Shown in pieces: positions 42,841 through 53,562 of a DNA stretch of 64,000 nt (its first letter is position 1; each line of letters begins with the position of its first letter). The notes under the pieces were generated by a model that saw only the letters and a list, made by a program, of their open reading frames with translations, had not been told where the DNA came from and did no database searches. This DNA comes from an uncultured Clostridia bacterium (GTDB taxonomy: Bacteria; Bacillota; Clostridia; TANB77; CAG-508), in NCBI GenBank assembly GCA_944393315.1, contig CALXZT010000001.1, positions 10,252 to 74,251 of the forward strand, given 5' to 3'. The translations under genes were made by a program, and so were the position numbers.

Positions 42841-44319
42841 ATGGAAAACTTGAATTTATATCAAGATATAGCCAAAAGGACCGATGGTGATATATATGTC
42901 GGAGTTGTTGGTCCTGTAAGAACTGGTAAATCCACTTTTATAAAAAAATTTATGAATTTGCTGGTAATTCCAAACATCGAAAATGAATATAAAAAAGAAC
43001 GAGCTAAAGATGAGCTCCCACAAAGTGCAGGTGGTCGTACTATAATGACTACTGAGCCAAAATTTGTTCCAAATGAGGCTATTGAAATAACTATCGATAA
43101 TAATTTAAAACTGAAAACCAGGTTGGTAGATTGTGTTGGATATTTAGTTGATAATGCAATAGGATATTTGGAAGATGATATGCCTAGAATGGTAAAAACG
43201 CCATGGTTTGAAGAAGAAATTCCTTTTGAAAAAGCTGCTGAGATTGGAACCAAAAAGGTAATTGAAGAACATTCTACTATTGGAATTGTCGTTACAACTG
43301 ATGGGTCAATAACAGATATTCCAAGAGAAGATTATGTAATTGCTGAAGAGCGTGTAGTTTCTGAGTTAAAATCACTTCATAAACCTTTTATAATATTACT
43401 TAACTCTAATAATCCAAATGCTCCTGAAACTCTAAGCCTTGCCGCCTCATTAACTACTAAGTATAATGTGCAGGTAATCCCTTTAAATTGTGAAGAACTT
43501 TCAATAGATGATATTAATAATATATTCTCAAAAGTTTTATATGAATTTCCAATTGAACAAATTTCTATTAATCTTCCAAAATGGGTAGACGGATTAGATT
43601 TTACTCATCCTTTAAAAACTCAAATATTCCAAGAAATAAAAGAGGCTTTTAAAGATGTAAGTGTTTTAAAAGAAATAAATGCTTGTACAAACGCACTTGT
43701 ATCATCAGAAGTAATAACTTCTGCTACTCCAACTGACATTATGCTAGGAAATGGAAATGTTTGTGTTACTATTAGTGTTAGAGAGGAATTATTCTATAGA
43801 GTACTTTCTGAAATGACAGGTGTCTCAATAGCTAATGAGGGAGATTTATTCTCTACAATTTCATCTCTTTCAGAAGCTAAAAAGAAATATGATAAAGTTG
43901 CATATGCTTTAGAAGAAGTAAATGCTAAAGGCTATGGAATTGTAACTCCTTCAATTGATGAACTTGTTTTAGATGAACCTGAAATGGTTAAACAAGGTTC
44001 TAGGTTTGGTATAAAATTACATGCAACAGCTCCTTCTATACATATGATTAGAGCTAATATTGAAACCGAAGTTTCTCCAATTGTTGGTTCAGAAAAACAG
44101 TCTGAAGAACTTGTAAATTACTTACTTTCAGAGTTTGAAAATGATCCAAAACAAATTTGGTCTTCAAATATTTTTGGAAAGAGCTTGCATGAGCTTGTTA
44201 ATGAAGGATTGCAAACTAAACTTTCTAAAATGCCTGATGAGGCTCAAGCTAAACTTCAAGAAACTTTAGAACGAATTGTAAATGAAGGTAGTGGTGGATT
44301 AATTTGTATAATATTATAA
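42841..44319 (+). CDS. spoIVA: stage IV sporulation protein A (spore coat morphogenetic ATPase)
   Basis: GVVGPVRTGKSTFIKKFM Walker A at the N-terminus. 492 aa. SD AGGAGGT. Confidence 0.95.
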   Translation: MENLNLYQDIAKRTDGDIYVGVVGPVRTGKSTFIKKFMNLLVIPNIENEYKKERAKDELPQSAGGRTIMTTEPKFVPNEAIEITIDNNLKLKTRLVDCVGYLVDNAIGYLEDDMPRMVKTPWFEEEIPFEKAAEIGTKKVIEEHSTIGIVVTTDGSITDIPREDYVIAEERVVSELKSLHKPFIILLNSNNPNAPETLSLAASLTTKYNVQVIPLNCEELSIDDINNIFSKVLYEFPIEQISINLPKWVDGLDFTHPLKTQIFQEIKEAFKDVSVLKEINACTNALVSSEVITSATPTDIMLGNGNVCVTISVREELFYRVLSEMTGVSIANEGDLFSTISSLSEAKKKYDKVAYALEEVNAKGYGIVTPSIDELVLDEPEMVKQGSRFGIKLHATAPSIHMIRANIETEVSPIVGSEKQSEELVNYLLSEFENDPKQIWSSNIFGKSLHELVNEGLQTKLSKMPDEAQAKLQETLERIVNEGSGGLICIIL

Positions 44320-44405
44320 ATATTTTTATCTATAAAGAGAGAGTTATTTGAAGTGCACTAAAAAAGTTAAACACCTTTTGATTAAGTTTATATTAGGATA
44401 TTTTT

Positions 44406-44450
44406 AGGAATGAACTCTGCAATTTACAGAACTCATTCCTTTGTTTCTAA
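44406..44450 (+). terminator. rho-independent terminator after spoIVA (AGGAATGA...TCATTCCT + TTTGTTTCT)
   Basis: Read directly. Confidence 0.5.
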
Positions 44451-45007
44451 TATTTTATTTTATCTATTTGTTTTTTCTTTATAGCTCTTTGTTTTTTCTT
44501 TTTATAAATGTAATTATTATAGCTAAACTTTAAAAGTAAAGATAAAAAGATAAAAACACTTGTTATTTTTGATTGCAATATTTCTAGCACTATTCCCAGG
44601 AAATGTATATTTACTACTTTCTTTCCAATAATCTGATTGTTTGTCACTTTTTCAATATCAGGGTAATAGTTTTTATTAGATTTTGTAGTATATTCTTTTT
44701 CTTTGTTTATAATTTTGTTTATCCTTGTTTTGTTATTAATCTTATAAGCAATAATATCTCCTTCTTTTAATTCTTTTTCATCTACTTTTTTTACTATAAC
44801 TAAATCATTTTCATTTATATCTTCTTCCATCAAATCATTTTTCATGCAGAAAAAACTTATTCCAAATACTTCAAAATAATCATTTTTATTTATAGTTGTA
44901 GTTAATAAAAATATTATATTAAATAAAATTCCAAAACAAATAATTACATATAAACAGTTTAACAATATTTTTCTAAAATTAATTTCTTTCTTTTTTGTTA
45001 TCTTCAA
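44447..45007 (-). CDS. SipW-like signal peptidase paralogue lacking the catalytic Ser/His (probable pseudo-peptidase)
   Basis: Same N-TM/C-TM architecture as the SipW upstream, but SMEP is replaced by FCMKND and THRI by TRIN. Overlaps the upstream gene by 29 nt. Confidence 0.5.
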   Translation of the reverse strand: MKITKKKEINFRKILLNCLYVIICFGILFNIIFLLTTTINKNDYFEVFGISFFCMKNDLMEEDINENDLVIVKKVDEKELKEGDIIAYKINNKTRINKIINKEKEYTTKSNKNYYPDIEKVTNNQIIGKKVVNIHFLGIVLEILQSKITSVFIFLSLLLKFSYNNYIYKKKKQRAIKKKQIDKIKY

Positions 45008-45566
45008 TTTTTTTCTTTTCTCTCCTATATTCCTTCTTTTCTTGCCTTTGCATTCCTATAAACATAAATATCAATATTATTAATAATATTATTAAAAATA
45101 TTATCTTGTTTTGTAGTATTTGTACTAGAATTCCTAAATATGGTATTGTCAAAATGTGTTTTCCCTCTATGCTGTCATAAGTAATTTTAAATGTATCTTC
45201 TATATTATTATTATCACCTTTTGTTGTAAATTTTATTTTACTATCATCATTGTCTATTTTTGTAATTCTATGAGTGATAACCTCTCCATCTTGTATAAAT
45301 GTTATTATATCATGTACTTTTATTTCATCGTCTTTTACTTTTTTAGTTATAATCACATCATTAATATTAATTGTTGGTTCCATGCTATTTGTTTTAATTA
45401 TATATGCTTTATAACCGAATATATTGTTAAAACCAATGTTGTGTTCAGATGAAATAACAATTAAAATAATGTTATAAATCAATATAATAGCAATTATTTC
45501 AATAACTTTTTTAGCCATTTTTGCTTTTTCTTTTCTTCTATTTATTGACTCTAAATCGTATTTCAT
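44979..45566 (-). CDS. sipW: signal peptidase I, archaeal/SipW type
   Basis: NSMEPTI catalytic Ser, ITHRI catalytic His, C-terminal TM. Confidence 0.8.
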   Translation of the reverse strand: MKYDLESINRRKEKAKMAKKVIEIIAIILIYNIILIVISSEHNIGFNNIFGYKAYIIKTNSMEPTININDVIITKKVKDDEIKVHDIITFIQDGEVITHRITKIDNDDSKIKFTTKGDNNNIEDTFKITYDSIEGKHILTIPYLGILVQILQNKIIFLIILLIILIFMFIGMQRQEKKEYRREKKKIEDNKKERN

Positions 45567-45579
45567 TTTTACCTCTTAA

Positions 45580-48500
45580 TTATTTTATAATAAAATACTC
45601 ATAAGCTTCACCAACATAGGTATCTCCATCATATAGTTTATATACTAATTTATATGTACCTGTAACTAAGTTTGGTTTTAACAATAAGAAATATGTTATA
45701 CTTTCTACTGGCTTTGTTGAAACTTCATATTCTTTTTCTCTCTTTGTTGGTGTTAAACTTGTTGTTACATAGTCTTTTAAATCTACTATCGTATAATTTA
45801 GTGAAAATACATCTGAATAGTCTCTTCTATATAGTGAAACTGCTATATTAGGATTACTTAGTGATGATGAATATTTTAAAGTTGTTGAAAGTGAATTACT
45901 TCCACTTGCTGTTTCTCCAGTTTCGTGATTTATAATTTTTGCTTTATCTGGAGTTATTACTTTTAGCCCATATGCAAAGTTAATAATTTTGACATCTACT
46001 TCAACCATATCTGATGCTATTAACCCATAATAAATACCGTCTGAAGAACCAAATGATTCAATTCTTATCTTATAGTCCCCTGTTGCAAGTGTTGTATTAT
46101 TTTGTGTATTTATTTTTATTTTTGCTAATACATCTGTTACTTTATCTGCAATACTTATTCTAGTTGTTCCATCTATTCTTGGATAATATAATTTTCCATC
46201 TAATTCGAAATTTACTCCTAATAGACTGTCATTATTTACGCGATTTCCATTACTATCATAGAAACTTATTTTTATTCCTAACTTTTTATCAAAATAGTGT
46301 GTGTCATAAATTGTTTTTGTTCCTATTATTTCTTGTGTAAATGTAGTAGTTACATTCAAATTAATTGGCTTCCCTAAATAAACTATTTCAGGTTCTATTG
46401 TTGCATCTACTTTTATTGTTGCATCTTTTTCGCAAAATATTGTGTAAATAATGTTTTCTCTTTGAATTCCTAACACTCCTATTATTGTTTGATCTTCTTC
46501 ATCTCTTAGTTCCATTAATAAGGAATTGTCCACTATATTTTCAGTTATGCCACTTTCTGCAAAATTTACGTGAAATATAAAATTCTCATAAATTAAATCT
46601 TCATTTGAATTGTAATAATTAGCAAACATTGCATTCTCATTGAATTTATTATCATTACTTCCCATTGCAATAAAGTCTGATAGTGAATATATGTATTTAT
46701 TATTATTTACATCCTCTTGTGTTACTATATAATAATAGTATTGATCTGTTGCCATATCTAGCATTGTTAATTTTGTGTTTTTTGGAAATACATATGGTTC
46801 ATTTTTTGAGTTTCTTGATACTAAAACTCTATTATAATTTTGGTATTGTTCACTATAGTCTCTTTCCGAAAAGTCTCGTAATAATAAAGAACAATATATT
46901 GAAAAGGCACTAGTACTTGTTATTGTTGTATCAGTAGTTGTAAATAATCCAAATTCTTGTCCTGGTGTAATTGCAGCTTCATAGTAATCATCTTGGAATA
47001 ATGCTGTTGATAAAGTAATATCTATATCTATATATGAAATTTTATAATTTAAATCATCTATTGGTGTCATAACTTGGAGTCTTATTTTAACTTCTCCTAA
47101 TGCTTGTTTTTTTGTAAGATTTTGTGAATGATAAAAACAGAAATTTAATACTGGAGTATAATTTGTGTTATCTGAATTATAATTAGTTGTTCCAACATAT
47201 TTTCCACCATCTTGTGTTAAAAATGTGGTTTTTCCTTTTGTCTGCCACCCCATATTTCCTGTTTTCATTAATAATCCAAACTGTGTATTTGCTTTTTCTT
47301 CATCTAGTTCAACTGATTCTATTAAACTTGGATCTACTAATGATACTTCATTTATAAGTCCAGATGAAAATCCAGATATTGTAAATTTAATGTTTGGATC
47401 TGCAAATCCAGCTAAAGCTAATTCATAAGTTCCTAAAGTCGCATATTTAGAAGCTACCATCTCTATTGGGAATACTTTAACCTCCATCTCTTTTCCTACA
47501 ATCCACATATAATAAATATCAGCATCTGGTGTTGGTTTTACGTAGTCTACTTTTATATTACCTTCTTCATTGTAATTTGTATAAAAGCCATCTACTTTAA
47601 TATCATGCTCTGGATTAGTTAAATGTTCTGCCATTACATAAGAATTAGATACAAAAGTTCCTTCATTTGTTATTTGATCTCCATTATTATATCCATTATG
47701 ATATAATCCTGTACTTGTACTAGGATTATTTCTGTTTGTAAATAATCCTAAGAAAAACATTCCATGTACTTGTCCATATAATGTTGCCTTCTCATTTAAA
47801 GCTACATTTAAATTTTTCCCCTCTAACATATATATTCTATTATCTACATTTTTAGATATTACCCCTGTTTCTTCGTCTATTGTTACAGTTCCTTTTACTT
47901 CTACACCATTTTCGTCAACTAGACTATCTAGTTTTGTAAGTAAGTTTGCACCATTACATAAATATAATACTGAGTTGTTTTTCAATTTAACCTGATCTAC
48001 TCGACTTATTGAGAAAAATGTTCCTGAATACTCATTTGTCCTATCTGTTGCACCTGATAGCGAAATAGCCGAATTTATTATTGTTGCACAATTTGTTCTT
48101 TGTAGAGAAACATTACTTTGTGGCTTATTAGGAGTTCCATAATTTTTAATTGTTATATAACTTGTTCCACTTGTACTAGATGCATTTCCTGAACCAAATA
48201 TACTTCCTAAAATTGCAAAGTTTTCATGTCTGTTTCCATTTATTTGTATATCAATTCCTACAGTTACACTTATAAACTCAAAGTCATATATTTCGCTTCC
48301 TGAAGCATTTGCTTCCCCTCCACCAAATACAGTTCCCTCAATTTTAATATCTCCTATCTCTAAGTTATTATTTCCTACTGCATCATATCCTATATTGGTT
48401 TGAGTTTTTCCATAAACTATTGATGTATTTGCTCCTCCATATACGTTTTTTCCAATATTTCCACCTACTATATTGACTGTGCTTTGAGAATTATTGTTAG

Positions 48501-51500
48501 TCTCGGTTCCAGTTGCTGCTTGATTTCCTCCTCCAAATACACTATTAGTTATTTGATTTTCTCCCTCCATTGTTAAATTGGTATTTCCATAAACTACAGC
48601 TGAAACTCCATTTCCTCCTGCATATAAACTATTTTCTAATTTTGAATTTTTAACATATACATATGTATTTTGAGTAACTGTTCCTTCATTTCCACCACCA
48701 TATACATTGTCTCCTACTTCTGCACCTACTAAGTGTAAATTTGTACTGGTTTCTACTCCTGCTTGATTTCCTCCTCCAAATACATTTTTGCTTACTTTTC
48801 CATTTATATATACATTTGTTTCATTCGTAATTGCTTGGTTTCCACCACCATATATGTTATTAGCTCCACCACCATTAATTGTAATATTTGTTGTTGTTGT
48901 CATTCCTCCTAGGTTGTTTCCTCCATATACTGTACCTATAGTGTATTCAATAATTTCAGAGTCATTTGTAATTATAAAACTTTCTTCTACATTACCACTT
49001 ATATTAGAGCCACCAAATATTGTTCCTATATTTCCTCCTTTTGTTTCTATATTAGTTGTCGTAACTCCTGCTTGATTTCCTCCTCCAAATATGTTTGTTA
49101 TTGTTCCTTCTGTGACCTTTATATTAGAAGTTATTGATGTTGCTTTGTCACCACCACCATATATATTGGTAATTATTCCTCCTTTTATATTAGTGCTAGT
49201 AGAATTTGTTGTTCCTCCTTCATTTTTTCCACCTGCATATACTTCTTCTACTATTCCTCCAGTTATTGTGACAATTGAATTTGTAACTTCTGCTTGGTTT
49301 CCACCTCCAAAAACCTTTTTTTGTGTTCCTCCTATTACATTAACATTTGTAGTTCCTTCAATACTTCCTAAGTTTCCACCTCCATAGATGTCTCCTGTAT
49401 GTATTCCATTTTCTATATTAATATATGTATTTCCTTGTGTTTTAGAAATATTTCCTCCACCATATACTTCTGTTGCTAAATCACTCTCGATTTTTATATT
49501 TGAATTTCCAATTAATTTAGCCATTTCTTCAAACCCTGAAATTCCTTGTCCTGCTCCAAATATTTTTCCTTCGATTGTTGGTGTTCCTTTTATTTCTATA
49601 TTACTTGTTCCAGTCATTTGTGCAAGTTCTGGTTTATTTGTAAAATTATATCCGCATCCTGCTGCATATATATTTCCTTTTATTATTGGGTTTCCATCTA
49701 TGATTATATAGCTATCTCCATATAAAGCTCCACCATCATCTGCTGTTACATTTCTATTTAAATATTCTGTATATCCATATCCTCCTCCATAGATATTTCC
49801 TGTAATTGTTCCACCTGTTATGTTTATATTTACAGAAGTTTCAAAATCTTGACCATATGTTTTATATGGGTCTGATGAATTGTTACTATATCCTGTTACT
49901 CCTCCTGCTCCTGCTCCATAAATATTTCCTGTTACATCTCCGCCTTCTATATTTATATTAACAGTTCCGTAAAAATACGAATCACATGTATTTCCTGTGG
50001 CATTTGGATATCCTACTATATCCATGTTTCTACCTAAACATCCACCATATAATTCTGCTATACTTCCTCCTAATACATTAATTGTAGTTTCTCCTAAAAA
50101 TGTGTTTATTGGATATCTCCAATTATTGGGTCTACTACTAGAATCTCCTATACTTCCTCCCAGTACTCTACCAATTTTTCCGTTTTTTATAGTTTCTGTT
50201 ACTCTTGAATAATTGTTTCCACTTGCAGATCCTCCAACTAATAGGTTAACATCATAATCATATTCTGATGCTGTGGTACTATTTTTTATATCTATTGTTA
50301 CAGATACTTTAAATGAATCATCCATAGATGAGCCCATAAAGTTATGTGATGTTGTTTGATTTAATCCACTTGATGTTCCTGGTGTTCCTCCCAAAACTAT
50401 TCTTCCATATGTTCCACTTTTTATTATTAATTCTGAATCATTATTTGGCAATTTTGTTTTATTGTATTGATACCAACCCGCAAAAACATGAAATGCTGGT
50501 GCATTGTTCTCTCCTATTAATCCTTGGTCTGAATTTGCATCTTGATAATTTACCATTGTTACTTGTTCACCAATAGTTAAACTATTTCCTTGCAAGATAA
50601 AATACATTGAGTTATTGGTTCCTCCACCATTTAACTCTATATATTGAAATGTAAGATCTGCCGTTAAGAACCTATAATAATCACTTCTTGCCCCAAATCT
50701 TAAAATTGCATTATAATCTTTGTTTCTATATTTTCCTGTTATAGTAACAGCTTTAGCATATGTTGATGAGGTTTGAGAATTGAAAAATGATAATGACGTG
50801 TCATTATATGTCCCAATTATAACTATTACATTACTATTTCTTGTACCTCCACTATCAAGTTTTGAATATGCTGTGCTTAAACTTCTGACAGCAGTTTCTT
50901 CTGTGTACCCGTCATTATTATTATTTCCATTGCTATAGTCTACAAAAATTACCGTTCTGTCTCCATATGTAAATGTATTTTGAGTAGATAGTTGTGGTAT
51001 TACTGTATTTGTAGCAATAAGTGTGTAATCAATACCTTCTTCTAAATTATCTAATGTAAGTGATGTTTCACCTTGTATTGCTCCACCTTCACCTGATAAG
51101 TCTGCCCTATACCATTGAAAAATATAATCACTAACAGAAGTATATTTCATTCCTTCTCCAGTTAAAGTTGCCGTTACACTATTATCGTTTTTATTTACAT
51201 CAAATACAATATCAACATGTATTTTTTTAATCACAAATTTAGTTATTGCATAATAGTTTCCATCATTTGTAATTACTACCATGTCTTCATCTTGCTCATA
51301 ATTAGGAGTCCATACATATGTATTACCTTGAATACTAGTATCTTCAATTCCGTTTTTATACCATGTCATATCATAGTTGCCTATTTGATATGGGTCATTT
51401 ACTATTATTTTATAAGTAAATTGTGCTGGTTCTGTTTTTGTAGTTGTTAATCTTTCTTTAAATGCAAATACATTGTTTTCATATAGCCATGTTAAGTATT

Positions 51501-53535
51501 TATTACTAGTTGTTATATTTCCATTAAATATGTCTAGAATAGCTGACATATCGGTAGTATAACTACCTTTGTTAACACCTTGTACATATCCTACATTATT
51601 GCTACTATTACTTTTTCTTGCTGTAGAACTTCCTGATGTTACAGTCTGTGTAAATGTTGTTCCTGCTGCTGAATAATTGGTATAATATGCATTGTTTGTA
51701 GTTAAATTCCCAGCATCATTACCATTCCATATAGCCTGAAATCCACTTGATGATGAATAACTTGTATTATTTATTAATGCAGCAAAAATTGGTCCTATAT
51801 ATCCATTTGCTTGAATTTGCCCGTCATATAAGCAATTTGTTGGCCAAACTGGTTGTGAACGAATCGTTCCGACTATTCCACCAGTATGGTACTGTCCTCT
51901 ACCATCTCTTGAGAACCAGCCAGAGCTTACAGTTGCTGTTGAATCTAATGTTATTTGAACATTAGAATAACAATTGTTTATTATATATCTATTATTTGCT
52001 CCTGGATCAGTATCACTTGAAGAAGTATTTGTTATATATCCTACAACACCTCCTACTGCAAATTGAAATTGGTAATTATATACTTGAATTTCGTTTGTAT
52101 CTGTTATTGTACTATTTGAAACTATTACATTTTCTATATTAGCATTTTTGTATAAAGATCCTGTTAAACATCCTATTCTTATTCCTTCTTCATCTTGTCT
52201 CCACCATTCGCCAGTTGATCCACTTGCTGTTATGTCTATTTTTATTGAGGTTAATTCTAAATTTCTTATTATACTTCTTGAATTTCCTCCTCCAATGCTT
52301 GCAAAAATTCCATAAGAGTCATAGTTTTGTTCTGGTAAAGTTGAAATAGTTATTTTGGCATTTGCAATAGTATGACCTGCTCCATCTAAAATTCCTCTAA
52401 ATGAATTTTCTGTTGTTCCAATAGGTTTCCATTCATTATTTCCTAAATCAATATCTGAAGCTAATTGAAAATAAATTCCTTCAAATGTTGTTCCGTTATT
52501 TACTTGTTGAGCTAAATATGAAAGTTCATCACCATCAGCGATTAAATATGGCTTCTCTTGTGTTCCTTCTCCCCAACTAAATGTCGTAGAGACTGTATTT
52601 CCATCCCATACATTTTGAGCATTGAATTCAGAACTTGTTGTTTCTTCAACCTCTAGCGCTAATTGAGCTGGTTCTCCAAGTATTGCATAAGTTGAAAATT
52701 TATTTGCGCTAAATATTACTCTGTCTTCTTGAACTTCAATTTCTTTTACTTCTTCTGTTTGATTTTCATCATCTATATGTATTACCTTATATTGTTCCTC
52801 TTCTGTTATTGTTATTCCTGATATTGTTACCTGCACATCTTCGTCAAATTGATTTGGTTCAAATTCTTGTTCTTCTACTATTAGCTTTATATCATATGCT
52901 GCTCTTATAGTTGTTTTTTCTTTCATATGTTTAACTAATTTGGGTGTAACCTCTTCTATGTCTACTTTTTGAATCTTAATTTGAGCTTCTACTGGCATAA
53001 ATCCAACTATTGTTATTTTATGTTCTTGTGTTACATTTTCTAATACTTTATTATATAATAATTGATTATTTTTTTGTTTTGTTTCATATACTGCTTTTAA
53101 TTCAATTTGTTCATTTTTTAATTCTTCTTCTGTTAAATATATTTTTTCTCCTGGTAGTTTTTCTTGCACATTTATTTTTTCGTTATTTTCAATTATCTCA
53201 CTTGTACTAGTCTCTTGTGTTTGCTCTATATTTTGAATTGTATTTTTTTCTTCATTTTCTTCTGTTTTCTGAATTAATTTTGTTTCTACTAAATATTTTT
53301 CTATTTTCTTTTCATTTACCACTGATGGAAGAGTTATAACTGTACCACTTTCTCCTTCATTTACAGCTTGCAACATATAAATTTCATCACTTAATATACC
53401 GCTTGTATCTATAATATTTGCGGTTATATTGGTTAGCTTACTTGCTCTTGAATCGGTAAATGCTTTTATTTGTATAATCAACATTAGAATTAAAATAATT
53501 AATATTACTATTTTTCTTTTATTTATTTTTTTCAT
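45580..53535 (-). CDS. giant (2651 aa) secreted/cell-surface repeat protein with predicted beta-helix-type Gly/Asn-rich repeats
   Basis: N-terminal signal/TM. Long central run of degenerate repeats (xGGGNxA...IYGGGN, VFGGGNQAGV and similar). Partly conserved 25-30 nt DNA repeats at ~48520, ~48760 and ~49070. Confidence 0.8.
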   Translation of the reverse strand: MKKINKRKIVILIILILMLIIQIKAFTDSRASKLTNITANIIDTSGILSDEIYMLQAVNEGESGTVITLPSVVNEKKIEKYLVETKLIQKTEENEEKNTIQNIEQTQETSTSEIIENNEKINVQEKLPGEKIYLTEEELKNEQIELKAVYETKQKNNQLLYNKVLENVTQEHKITIVGFMPVEAQIKIQKVDIEEVTPKLVKHMKEKTTIRAAYDIKLIVEEQEFEPNQFDEDVQVTISGITITEEEQYKVIHIDDENQTEEVKEIEVQEDRVIFSANKFSTYAILGEPAQLALEVEETTSSEFNAQNVWDGNTVSTTFSWGEGTQEKPYLIADGDELSYLAQQVNNGTTFEGIYFQLASDIDLGNNEWKPIGTTENSFRGILDGAGHTIANAKITISTLPEQNYDSYGIFASIGGGNSRSIIRNLELTSIKIDITASGSTGEWWRQDEEGIRIGCLTGSLYKNANIENVIVSNSTITDTNEIQVYNYQFQFAVGGVVGYITNTSSSDTDPGANNRYIINNCYSNVQITLDSTATVSSGWFSRDGRGQYHTGGIVGTIRSQPVWPTNCLYDGQIQANGYIGPIFAALINNTSYSSSSGFQAIWNGNDAGNLTTNNAYYTNYSAAGTTFTQTVTSGSSTARKSNSSNNVGYVQGVNKGSYTTDMSAILDIFNGNITTSNKYLTWLYENNVFAFKERLTTTKTEPAQFTYKIIVNDPYQIGNYDMTWYKNGIEDTSIQGNTYVWTPNYEQDEDMVVITNDGNYYAITKFVIKKIHVDIVFDVNKNDNSVTATLTGEGMKYTSVSDYIFQWYRADLSGEGGAIQGETSLTLDNLEEGIDYTLIATNTVIPQLSTQNTFTYGDRTVIFVDYSNGNNNNDGYTEETAVRSLSTAYSKLDSGGTRNSNVIVIIGTYNDTSLSFFNSQTSSTYAKAVTITGKYRNKDYNAILRFGARSDYYRFLTADLTFQYIELNGGGTNNSMYFILQGNSLTIGEQVTMVNYQDANSDQGLIGENNAPAFHVFAGWYQYNKTKLPNNDSELIIKSGTYGRIVLGGTPGTSSGLNQTTSHNFMGSSMDDSFKVSVTIDIKNSTTASEYDYDVNLLVGGSASGNNYSRVTETIKNGKIGRVLGGSIGDSSSRPNNWRYPINTFLGETTINVLGGSIAELYGGCLGRNMDIVGYPNATGNTCDSYFYGTVNINIEGGDVTGNIYGAGAGGVTGYSNNSSDPYKTYGQDFETSVNINITGGTITGNIYGGGYGYTEYLNRNVTADDGGALYGDSYIIIDGNPIIKGNIYAAGCGYNFTNKPELAQMTGTSNIEIKGTPTIEGKIFGAGQGISGFEEMAKLIGNSNIKIESDLATEVYGGGNISKTQGNTYINIENGIHTGDIYGGGNLGSIEGTTNVNVIGGTQKKVFGGGNQAEVTNSIVTITGGIVEEVYAGGKNEGGTTNSTSTNIKGGIITNIYGGGDKATSITSNIKVTEGTITNIFGGGNQAGVTTTNIETKGGNIGTIFGGSNISGNVEESFIITNDSEIIEYTIGTVYGGNNLGGMTTTTNITINGGGANNIYGGGNQAITNETNVYINGKVSKNVFGGGNQAGVETSTNLHLVGAEVGDNVYGGGNEGTVTQNTYVYVKNSKLENSLYAGGNGVSAVVYGNTNLTMEGENQITNSVFGGGNQAATGTETNNNSQSTVNIVGGNIGKNVYGGANTSIVYGKTQTNIGYDAVGNNNLEIGDIKIEGTVFGGGEANASGSEIYDFEFISVTVGIDIQINGNRHENFAILGSIFGSGNASSTSGTSYITIKNYGTPNKPQSNVSLQRTNCATIINSAISLSGATDRTNEYSGTFFSISRVDQVKLKNNSVLYLCNGANLLTKLDSLVDENGVEVKGTVTIDEETGVISKNVDNRIYMLEGKNLNVALNEKATLYGQVHGMFFLGLFTNRNNPSTSTGLYHNGYNNGDQITNEGTFVSNSYVMAEHLTNPEHDIKVDGFYTNYNEEGNIKVDYVKPTPDADIYYMWIVGKEMEVKVFPIEMVASKYATLGTYELALAGFADPNIKFTISGFSSGLINEVSLVDPSLIESVELDEEKANTQFGLLMKTGNMGWQTKGKTTFLTQDGGKYVGTTNYNSDNTNYTPVLNFCFYHSQNLTKKQALGEVKIRLQVMTPIDDLNYKISYIDIDITLSTALFQDDYYEAAITPGQEFGLFTTTDTTITSTSAFSIYCSLLLRDFSERDYSEQYQNYNRVLVSRNSKNEPYVFPKNTKLTMLDMATDQYYYYIVTQEDVNNNKYIYSLSDFIAMGSNDNKFNENAMFANYYNSNEDLIYENFIFHVNFAESGITENIVDNSLLMELRDEEDQTIIGVLGIQRENIIYTIFCEKDATIKVDATIEPEIVYLGKPINLNVTTTFTQEIIGTKTIYDTHYFDKKLGIKISFYDSNGNRVNNDSLLGVNFELDGKLYYPRIDGTTRISIADKVTDVLAKIKINTQNNTTLATGDYKIRIESFGSSDGIYYGLIASDMVEVDVKIINFAYGLKVITPDKAKIINHETGETASGSNSLSTTLKYSSSLSNPNIAVSLYRRDYSDVFSLNYTIVDLKDYVTTSLTPTKREKEYEVSTKPVESITYFLLLKPNLVTGTYKLVYKLYDGDTYVGEAYEYFIIK

Positions 53536-53562
53536 TAGAAATTCTCCGTATTTATAGTAAAT

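Noticed and set aside
48788-49711. Proline-rich plus-strand ORFs (95-107 aa) inside the giant gene
   Set aside because: Antisense shadow ORFs created by the Gly/Asn-codon-rich repeats of the 2651-aa minus-strand CDS
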